The notes under the pieces are model-generated. The model was not told the DNA's origin and searched no databases. It saw only the letters and a list, made by a program, of their open reading frames with translations. The translations under genes were made by a program, and so were the position numbers. Positions 57,454 to 64,000 of a stretch of 64,000 nt of DNA are shown in pieces. How positions within the stretch are numbered: position 1 is the first letter of the stretch; every line of letters begins with the position of its first letter. The DNA comes from a virus (lineage: Duplodnaviria > Caudoviricetes). Location: IMG/VR virus record IMGVR_UViG_3300020440_000010, positions 18,573 through 82,572 of that record; one strand, written 5' to 3'.

Positions 57454-58158
57454 ATGCATTTAGCAGAGATATTACAACCCGTCGATCGTGAAGAACTTGC
57501 TAAAGCATTAGAACCTTTTCTAATGTATCTAGGAAGTGGTGATCAACCTCTCAAGCCTAAACACATAGCAAAAAAACTTGAACAAACACTAAAACAATTT
57601 GGCGTAGACGAAGTCAAAGTTATTACAAGCAAAGAAGTAGATAGTGGAGATATGAACATGAACGCCGCATACGATCCGCATGATGATGAAGATGGATTTG
57701 ATCCATTCAGTATTGATCTTGTTTTTAGTGTTAAAGATAAAAATTTAGAATTTACAAAAGACGGTATTGCAAATATCAGAGATAGGGTATTAGACGCACT
57801 TGAACATGAAATGATCCATATGCGACAATATAGGTCGAGGAGTTTTGTTAGACAAAGAGATTACAAAACTAAAGACAAAGAACCTGATGTAAAACGTGCA
57901 AAAGAATATCTAGGCAATGATGATGAAATAGAAGCATTTGCAAAAAACATCAGTGCCGAATTGTTGCGTAAAAGAGACAAACAAACCGCAATAGATTTGT
58001 TACGCAAAGTAACACAAACAGCAGGACTGAAAGACGAACTAGGATATTTGTTATCACCTAACCTTTTAGGATATCTTGCTGTATGGGGTTTTAACACAAA
58101 ACATCCTGTAATAAAAAAATTATTAAAAAAAGTATATAATAATATAGAAAACAGTTGA
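57454..58158 (+). CDS. Late protein with HExxH (zincin-like) motif
   Basis: LEHEMIH..Q...EIEAF; GTAAATA promoter. Confidence 0.55.
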   Translation: MHLAEILQPVDREELAKALEPFLMYLGSGDQPLKPKHIAKKLEQTLKQFGVDEVKVITSKEVDSGDMNMNAAYDPHDDEDGFDPFSIDLVFSVKDKNLEFTKDGIANIRDRVLDALEHEMIHMRQYRSRSFVRQRDYKTKDKEPDVKRAKEYLGNDDEIEAFAKNISAELLRKRDKQTAIDLLRKVTQTAGLKDELGYLLSPNLLGYLAVWGFNTKHPVIKKLLKKVYNNIENS

Positions 58159-58183
58159 CAACAATACCATTCGGTAGTATAGT
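58155..58183 (+). promoter_or_regulatory. Sigma70-type promoter for tRNA-Leu
   Basis: TTGACA-17-TATAGT. Confidence 0.7.
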
Positions 58184-58228
58184 ATACATATAGTTAGAGC
58201 AGAGAAGGAACTTACAATTAGTTTTATC

Positions 58229-58314
58229 GCGAGCATGGCGGAATAGGTAGACGCAACGGACTTAAAATCCGTTGACCATTGGTCGTGAGAGTTCGAGTCT
58301 CTCTGCTCGCACCA
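58229..58314 (+). tRNA. tRNA-Leu(TAA)
   Basis: GCGAGCA/TGCTCGC, loop CT-TAA-AA, variable arm, A73, encoded CCA. Confidence 0.93.
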
Positions 58315-58456
58315 ATAGGGAACGAGTATAAACGTGGTTAGGCCTGGCCCCTAGATAAAAGTTCAGGCGGGAAATTGGGAGGCGCCCTCGAGAAAGGTCT
58401 CAGCAAGTCCTGAGCATGACTTTAAACTGCTCTACTATAAGAGAAAGGATATAGTT

Positions 58457-58879
58457 ATGAAAAATTTTATAGTAGTTGGATTGGCCCTTGGCTCAAGTTT
58501 CATTGCCAATAATGCCTATGCCTATCAAAATACAACAGGTACAATAACTGATCATTACAAAACAGTTATTGATCGTACACCTTACAGTGTAGAAGTTTGT
58601 ACTCATGTTGAAGTTGACACAAAACCTAAACTTGGTGGTCTTGATGTTGAAGGTATGATAGTAGGCGGCATTATTGGTAATCAAATAGGCGACAGTAAAG
58701 GCAATGGCGCCGCTGGGGCACTGCTTGGTGGATTATTTGCAAACCAAGATGAAAAAACTTTGCAACGTAAGTGTAGTACTGAAACAAGGTACAACGAAGT
58801 TAGCAAAGAAATGTATAGTCATAGTACTATTACATTTGCCTATAATGGAAAGGACTATAAAGTAACTTTTCAAAAATAA
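58457..58879 (+). CDS. Glycine-zipper 2TM exported protein (YcfJ-like)
   Basis: Signal peptide; IVGGIIGNQIG...GAAGALLGG. Confidence 0.8.
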   Translation: MKNFIVVGLALGSSFIANNAYAYQNTTGTITDHYKTVIDRTPYSVEVCTHVEVDTKPKLGGLDVEGMIVGGIIGNQIGDSKGNGAAGALLGGLFANQDEKTLQRKCSTETRYNEVSKEMYSHSTITFAYNGKDYKVTFQK

Positions 58880-58884
58880 GATAC

Positions 58885-58958
58885 GGGGGAGAAGTGTTAC
58901 GGTAGCACGGCTGGTTCCAACCCAGCAGGATGGGGTTCAATTCCTTGCTCCTCTGCCA
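58885..58958 (+). tRNA. tRNA-Trp(CCA)
   Basis: Anticodon arm GCTGG-TT-CCA-AC-CCAGC, G73, encoded CCA; G.U-rich acceptor and T stems. Confidence 0.82.
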
Positions 58959-58974
58959 ATTCGGAAAGTACAGT

Positions 58975-59151
58975 ATGTGGGAAACATGGTGTAAAACAAT
59001 AGGAAGTAAAGCATATGACGAAGATAACAATCGTTCTGACAGAGTGGCAATCCTTCGTACTCTTTGGGTGGTGTTGCACATTCTTACTTGCCTTGCTATT
59101 ATCTTAAATGCAATAGCAAACCATGGTTGGGGTCTAATAGGCATTACATAG
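58975..59151 (+). CDS. Small membrane protein
   Basis: W.K.IGSKA....SD.VAI.RT...H..TC..II. Confidence 0.65.
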   Translation: MWETWCKTIGSKAYDEDNNRSDRVAILRTLWVVLHILTCLAIILNAIANHGWGLIGIT

Positions 59152-59187
59152 TAAACAACAAACACAATCTATTAAGAGGAGTTTATT

Positions 59188-59421
59188 ATGAAATGGATTA
59201 ATGTTAATGAAAGACTACCCCAAGTAGGAGAACCTTGTTGGTACTTCTTTGATATGGTAGGTACTCATAGAGGCTTTTACGGAGGCCTCTATATTGATGA
59301 AGATGGAAAGGAATGGGAAGGAATGAGTATATTCTACTGTGATTATGGATTCTTAACCGGTGACGTTACTCACTGGCATCCGGATCAAGAAGAATGTCCT
59401 AGCGATCCTGTTCTAAATTAA
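59188..59421 (+). CDS. DUF551-like small phage protein
   Basis: KWINVNERLP ... VTHW. Confidence 0.7.
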   Translation: MKWINVNERLPQVGEPCWYFFDMVGTHRGFYGGLYIDEDGKEWEGMSIFYCDYGFLTGDVTHWHPDQEECPSDPVLN

Positions 59422-59428
59422 AGTTAGT

Positions 59429-59522
59429 GGTCCTGTAGTTTAATGGTAAAACACCCGGCTTATACTCGGCACAGTCTCCAGATTAGAGAGCGATGTGGGT
59501 TCGACTCCCGCCAGGACTACCA
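59429..59522 (+). tRNA. tRNA-Ile(TAT) with 24-nt variable region
   Basis: GGTCCTG/CAGGACT, D-arm GTTT/AAAC, loop CT-TAT-AC, T-arm GTGGG-TTCGACT-CCCGC, A73, CCA. Confidence 0.8.
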
Positions 59523-59530
59523 ACTAATGG

Positions 59531-59558
59531 TTGACAAACAATGCAACGATGCTATACT
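59531..59558 (+). promoter_or_regulatory. Sigma70-type promoter
   Basis: TTGACA-16-TATACT with extended -10 TG. Confidence 0.65.
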
Positions 59559-59585
59559 GAATTTATATTAATTAAGGAGAGTATT

Positions 59586-59768
59586 ATGGATATGGAACAG
59601 TTTGTAGAAATGATCGCAAGAATGAACTATGAAGAACGCAATGAGTTTGCGGAAACATTAGTTAAAAAGTGGCCCGATCTTGCAAAGCAAATTATGAATT
59701 TGATTTCTATTTACGATATGGCTGAGGCACATAAGAACGAAGATCAATTAGAAATCTTCGCTAAATAG
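59586..59768 (+). CDS. Hypothetical protein
   Basis: AAGGAG SD. Confidence 0.65.
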   Translation: MDMEQFVEMIARMNYEERNEFAETLVKKWPDLAKQIMNLISIYDMAEAHKNEDQLEIFAK

Positions 59769-59772
59769 GTGT

Positions 59773-60015
59773 ATGCGATTCAAACTTAAAACACCTTCCG
59801 GACCGGCTGTAATGACAGGCGAAATTGTAAAACGTTACAAAGTGATTCCTCTTAATCACGCAACCAAACAAGACGTAACACAATTTTGGACATGGTTAAA
59901 GTATGAATTCCCACTTATGGACAAAAATCCAAATGCTAAAGTTTTTGGCAGTAACTCTAATGATTTGAATAAAATAAAGTCACAATGGGGAACAAAGTTC
60001 TCCTTTGAAGGCTAA
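59773..60015 (+). CDS. Hypothetical protein
   Basis: 80-aa ORF. Confidence 0.55.
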   Translation: MRFKLKTPSGPAVMTGEIVKRYKVIPLNHATKQDVTQFWTWLKYEFPLMDKNPNAKVFGSNSNDLNKIKSQWGTKFSFEG

Positions 60016-60082
60016 ACCAGAATCATTCAGGTTGATTTTCTAAGAAAACATATATATACTTTGTATTACATATTTTTACTTT

Positions 60083-61384
60083 ATGAATGATATACCTGAT
60101 TTTTTAAAAGAGAGAACAGTGGCACAAAAAAGAAAAGTTTACAAAACAAAGACATTAGAGCCTAAGTATGAAGACTTAGATAAATTTAGTGGTCAACAAT
60201 ATTCAAGATTTAAAGATACTGCATTGACCTACTATCGTTTGGAATGCAAAAACACAGATTACAAACAATGGACTATAGATTACTTAGAAAATTTTAATTA
60301 TTCTGAACACAAAGATGTTGTAGATATTGTTCGGAAAAATCCTGAACGAGAATTCAATTGTACATTGGGTGGGATATGCAGAATGCTTTCCAAAGGATTA
60401 CCTGATTATTATGAACCTTACGCAAAATACTGGCTAGAACTGCCCGGCACAATGGGCGAAATAAAGCCTATGTCCGAGTTTGTTAAAAAACAAATTGACT
60501 TACTAGTTGAAAAAGGCAAACTTATTGTAGAAGAAAAAGAAGAAGAGAAGAAGCAGGAAGAAGAAAAAGCAAAGAACGTTTACAAGCCTAGCATACAAGA
60601 ACGTATTGCAATGGCTATACCTCATATGACAGATGCTATTGATCAAGCACTTGATGATTTCACAGAAGGTAAAATTGTAGACTTCAAACAATTGAAACCA
60701 TTAAATTATTTTAGACAAAAGGATGTCAAACAACCTCATGCTAAATTAATTCAAGATCACTATGAACCTGCATTTGAAGAAATGAGAGAACTGTTAAATC
60801 CACCTGATACTTCAAAAATGACTGATGTAGAAAAAGACTGGCATCAACAACTCAAAGATGGATACTCACACTATGATAAAAGGCAACTTAAAAAATTACA
60901 TGATTTTTACCAAACAGTGCTTATTGCTTGTAACAGTATTATTGCAGAACGTAAAGCAAATCGTAAACCAAGAAAGGTTAGCAGAAAAGCACCTGAGCAA
61001 ATTGTTAAAAAATTGAAGTACAAGATTTCCGATGAAAAGTATGGTGCAAGTGTAGAAGCACATAAATTTATTTCGGCAAATATGCTTTTGGTTTTCAATT
61101 GCAAAAATAGGAAATTGGGCGTATACTATACAAGTAATGAAGATCCATTAGGACAAGAAAGAGAAGGAACGGGTCTTTATTTGAAAGGACAGACTATTCA
61201 AAGATTTAATGAAAAGGAATCAGTTTGGAAAGTTTTAAGAAAGCCAGTTGAGCAACTTGAAGAAGTACGTAATTTAAATACACGTAGAAAGTTTGAAAAC
61301 TGGTGGGAGTCAGTGAAAACTACTCCAACAAAAATGAACGGACGTATTAACAACGAAACACTACTGATAGGAGTATACAGATGA
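60083..61384 (+). CDS. Conserved large-phage hypothetical protein
   Basis: 433 aa; C-terminal [11 protein letters not shown]...LRKP...NGRIN..T. Confidence 0.7.
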   Translation: MNDIPDFLKERTVAQKRKVYKTKTLEPKYEDLDKFSGQQYSRFKDTALTYYRLECKNTDYKQWTIDYLENFNYSEHKDVVDIVRKNPEREFNCTLGGICRMLSKGLPDYYEPYAKYWLELPGTMGEIKPMSEFVKKQIDLLVEKGKLIVEEKEEEKKQEEEKAKNVYKPSIQERIAMAIPHMTDAIDQALDDFTEGKIVDFKQLKPLNYFRQKDVKQPHAKLIQDHYEPAFEEMRELLNPPDTSKMTDVEKDWHQQLKDGYSHYDKRQLKKLHDFYQTVLIACNSIIAERKANRKPRKVSRKAPEQIVKKLKYKISDEKYGASVEAHKFISANMLLVFNCKNRKLGVYYTSNEDPLGQEREGTGLYLKGQTIQRFNEKESVWKVLRKPVEQLEEVRNLNTRRKFENWWESVKTTPTKMNGRINNETLLIGVYR

Positions 61385-61974
61385 GTGAACTAATACCAAT
61401 GGTGGTTGAAAAAACCCAAAATGGTGAAAGAGCATATGACATTTTTAGTCGTTTGCTAAAAGATAGAATTGTGTTTTTAAATGGAATGGTGCATGACGGA
61501 GTAGCACATTCAATTACTGCACAATTAATTTTATTAGAAAGTGAAAACGGAAATAAACCAATTCACTTCTATATTAACAGTCCAGGAGGTATTGTAACTT
61601 CTGGTATGGCAATCTATGATACTATGCAATATATCAAATGTCCTATTCATACTTATGTAATGGGTCATGCCGCTAGTATGGGATCATTACTTGCTCAAGC
61701 AGGTGCTGAAGGACATAGATTTATGTTGCCACACGCAAGGCATATGATACATCAACCTAGTGGCGGCTACACAGGCCAAGCAACAGATATCAGTATTCAT
61801 GCAGAAGAAATACTTAGAGTGAAAAAAGAACTTACACAAATCTATGTAGAGCATAATACAAAAGGTAAAACATTTGATGAACTTGCTAAAGATATGGAAC
61901 GAGATAACTTCTTAACAGCAGAAGAATGTATTGAATATGGATTGTGTGATAAGATCCTGAATAAGAGAGACTAA
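61381..61974 (+). CDS. clpP: ATP-dependent Clp protease proteolytic subunit
   Basis: [28 protein letters not shown] (Ser), MIHQP (His), RDNFL (Asp). Confidence 0.96.
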   Translation: MSELIPMVVEKTQNGERAYDIFSRLLKDRIVFLNGMVHDGVAHSITAQLILLESENGNKPIHFYINSPGGIVTSGMAIYDTMQYIKCPIHTYVMGHAASMGSLLAQAGAEGHRFMLPHARHMIHQPSGGYTGQATDISIHAEEILRVKKELTQIYVEHNTKGKTFDELAKDMERDNFLTAEECIEYGLCDKILNKRD

Positions 61975-63080
61975 TGCCGGTAGCAACCTTTGACAAGCCA
62001 ATTGATAATATAAGGGTATCTCAACTAGATATCAAAAAAGGAGAGTTCCCTGGCGAGTGGGTCAAAGGTGGTCCTATACAAGAGTTCAGTAGTACAGGTA
62101 TATTAGACAAAGCAAAAGATGTTTCATTAACTGTGATAGATAACATGATAGTCGTCAAGGCAATTAAGACAGAATCTATACAGGGTAAAATTGATTTTAC
62201 TGATAATGTTACATTTAAACAAGATGTACTTGTTGTAGGAAAACTAGAAGTAGATGAACTTATAACAAAGCAACTGGTTGCTGATGAAAAAACAGATAGA
62301 CAGTATATAGAATTCAGTCATAAAAACAAAAGACAAAGCAGTGTTGGTACAGGATTTATTTGGACTAGTCCTAAACAATACACTAGACAGTTTGTATATT
62401 TGAATAAACCTGATAGATTTTATAGTACTGAACCTATTGAACTACATAAAGACAAAGACTTTATGATAGGTCAGCAATCGGTATTAAGTCAAAATACTCT
62501 AGGCAGTAGTGTTGTTAATAGTAGTCTGCAAAAAGTTGGAAAGTTAAAAAATCTAAATGTTACTGGTCGTGTAGAAATAGGTGAACATATTTTTTACGAT
62601 CCTAATCTTGATAGGATAGGTATTGGCACTGATAAACCTGCAGGTGACATAGGGTTATACAATTTTGAATACGATACAAACTTTATTATTACTTCTGATG
62701 AAGGACAAATTAAAGTGGGTGCTTATAATAATAAAACACTCACTTTAATTACAGATGATCAAAATAGACTTTCAATAGATCATAAGGGAAGTTTAACTGT
62801 TGGCTCACAGGGTAACGAAGATCTTACACACAATATTTGGGGTAAGGTTGGTATAGGCATTAAAAATCCACAGCATTCAATAGATGCAGTTGGTAATATA
62901 AAATTTCAAAATCGCATATTTACAGTTGGTGAAAGACCTCCAACAAAAGGTAAATGGAATAAAGGCGATACAGTGTGGAACACTAATCCAAGAGAAGATG
63001 CTCCAATTGGTTGGGTATGCACTATAGGTGGAAATCCAGGACAATGGAACAGTTTTGGATTTGTAGGCAAGCCATACTAG
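61974..63080 (+). CDS. Probable virion protein (tail-fibre-like C-terminus)
   Basis: RIGIGT, KVGIGIKNP repeats; W.KGD.VWN.NP....GWVC. Confidence 0.55.
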   Translation: MPVATFDKPIDNIRVSQLDIKKGEFPGEWVKGGPIQEFSSTGILDKAKDVSLTVIDNMIVVKAIKTESIQGKIDFTDNVTFKQDVLVVGKLEVDELITKQLVADEKTDRQYIEFSHKNKRQSSVGTGFIWTSPKQYTRQFVYLNKPDRFYSTEPIELHKDKDFMIGQQSVLSQNTLGSSVVNSSLQKVGKLKNLNVTGRVEIGEHIFYDPNLDRIGIGTDKPAGDIGLYNFEYDTNFIITSDEGQIKVGAYNNKTLTLITDDQNRLSIDHKGSLTVGSQGNEDLTHNIWGKVGIGIKNPQHSIDAVGNIKFQNRIFTVGERPPTKGKWNKGDTVWNTNPREDAPIGWVCTIGGNPGQWNSFGFVGKPY

Positions 63081-63119
63081 TACCAGTTTATACAAAAAAT
63101 TAAAATCATAAATATTGGT

Positions 63120-63461
63120 ATGAAACAGGATAAAAATATAATATTTCTAAAAAAGAACATTCCTAACAGAATTAAAAAGCAAGTTCGTGCTTGGGATATG
63201 TTCGCTAAACTAGGACCCTTAGGTTTTGTAATAATTGGATTGGTAATGCATTCAACACAGATGATGGATGTAAAGTCTATACTATGGCTAGGTTTAGGAG
63301 TATTTGTAGTAACAGCAGTTACTTGGTGGTTCTGGACAATAGCAACAATAGGGCATATATCTGATAGAGTACACAAAGCAGAAAGCGGTGTACAAGAAGT
63401 TCTAACTGAAATTAAAATTATAAGACAAATTTTTCAAGACATCAAAAAAGACAATAAGTAA
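63120..63461 (+). CDS. Two-TM membrane protein
   Basis: Two hydrophobic helices, ATAAATA promoter. Confidence 0.65.
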   Translation: MKQDKNIIFLKKNIPNRIKKQVRAWDMFAKLGPLGFVIIGLVMHSTQMMDVKSILWLGLGVFVVTAVTWWFWTIATIGHISDRVHKAESGVQEVLTEIKIIRQIFQDIKKDNK

Positions 63462-63465
63462 TAGC

Positions 63466-64000
63466 ATGAGTTATATCAGTGTTATTGGTAATGGCGAAAG
63501 TCGTAAGAATTTTGATTTATATAGTCTTACTTTTCTGGGTAAGACTGTAGGCACTAATGCAGTGCATAGAGATTTTATACCCGACTATCTAGTTTGTGCT
63601 GATCGCAGAATGGTAAGCGAAGCAGTAAACAATAACTATTCTAATCCTGTATACACACGCAGTGATTGGAGAGCAAGTTTTAGTTATTGGAAGAATGTTT
63701 TAACTGTTCCGGATCTACCATATAAAGGCGACAAAAGACCTGATGATAGTTTTCAGTGGGGCAGTGGTGGACACGCACTAAATTTAGCCTGTACGTTTGA
63801 TCCACAGTTTGTAGTTATGATTGGCTTTGATTTGTATAGTAAAGATAAACTATTCAACAATATATACAAAGATACAGAACATTATAATGAGTCGAGGAAA
63901 GATGCTACTGATCCAAGTTATTGGATATATCAAACTGCTAAACTATTTGAACATTATCCAAAAGTAAAATTTATTCAAATACAACCTGATGATTGGGATT
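63466..64000 (+). CDS. Glycosyltransferase/MptE-like (DUF115-type) protein, runs off window
   Basis: VIGNGESR...VGTNA..RDF.PDYLVCAD...GSG..A...A....MIGFDL. Confidence 0.55.
   Translation, partial: MSYISVIGNGESRKNFDLYSLTFLGKTVGTNAVHRDFIPDYLVCADRRMVSEAVNNNYSNPVYTRSDWRASFSYWKNVLTVPDLPYKGDKRPDDSFQWGSGGHALNLACTFDPQFVVMIGFDLYSKDKLFNNIYKDTEHYNESRKDATDPSYWIYQTAKLFEHYPKVKFIQIQPDDWD

Noticed and set aside
58315-58440. HDV-like (theta) or hammerhead ribozyme after tRNA-Leu
   Set aside because: I could not build the nested P1/P1.1/P2/P3 pseudoknot starting at the tRNA 3' end, and no CUGANGA/GAAA hammerhead core is present.
203-63376. Numerous 60-195 aa antisense or nested ORFs in the track (e.g. 203..403, 12823..13233, 28910..29380, 37054..37488, 48815..49360, 53542..54129, 53739..54143)
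   Set aside because: They lie opposite or inside well-supported genes, have no SD or promoter, and show composition typical of shadow frames.
1-64000. Possibility that this is a bacterial chromosome
   Set aside because: There are no rRNA, housekeeping operons or transporters. PAAR, fibres, T4-type late promoters and many phage-typical hypotheticals are present, and the host-like genes are isolated AMG-type copies.
1-64000. CRISPR array, integrase or IS element
   Set aside because: I saw no regularly spaced direct repeats of 23-47 nt and no transposase or integrase motifs. The 19768 nuclease is a common stand-alone Cas4-like phage exonuclease.
1-64000. Stop-codon reassignment
   Set aside because: Long conserved genes (nrdA, nrdB, clpX, guaC, hemA) are intact under the standard code, and no suppressor tRNA is present.

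Overview
AT-rich, gene-dense 64 kb segment of a large T4-like (myovirus, probably jumbo-class) phage genome. Phage origin rests on class Ia RNR + glutaredoxin, PAAR, tail-fibre/baseplate-like proteins, and recurring T4-type late promoters (NTAAATA) alongside sigma70-type early promoters. The host is inferred to be a marine alphaproteobacterium, from the ALA synthase, a two-piece tmRNA with a GGCGGUA T-loop, an alpha-type PqqA, PcyX and a ROSE-like thermometer. Main blocks: (1) 1-9.4 kb, an operon of three radical-SAM/SPASM-like enzymes, several 2OG-Fe(II) oxygenases, a P-loop kinase and a flavin-dependent halogenase-like protein. (2) 9.4-11.4 kb, a minus-strand small-protein operon behind a highly structured ~200-nt leader RNA, then a 25-aa PqqA (PQQ precursor) gene missed by the ORF track. 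(3) 12.7-22.5 kb, late/virion genes, many with T4 capsid-targeting-like N-termini. (4) nrdA/nrdB/grx/PAAR. (5) A circularly permuted tmRNA. (6) Tail-fibre-like, nuclease, glucosaminidase and lipoprotein genes. (7) 36.6-44.2 kb, host-takeover genes: clpX, rpsU, guaC, ybaN, hemA (ALAS), hsp20, clpS, hemO, pcyX. (8) Tail-fibre-like genes, a subtilisin, a Fis-like HTH, a secreted-protein cassette, two clpP paralogues and five tRNAs, including unusual Arg(GCG) and a long-variable-arm Ile(UAU). All calls come from reading motifs by eye; no searches were run.
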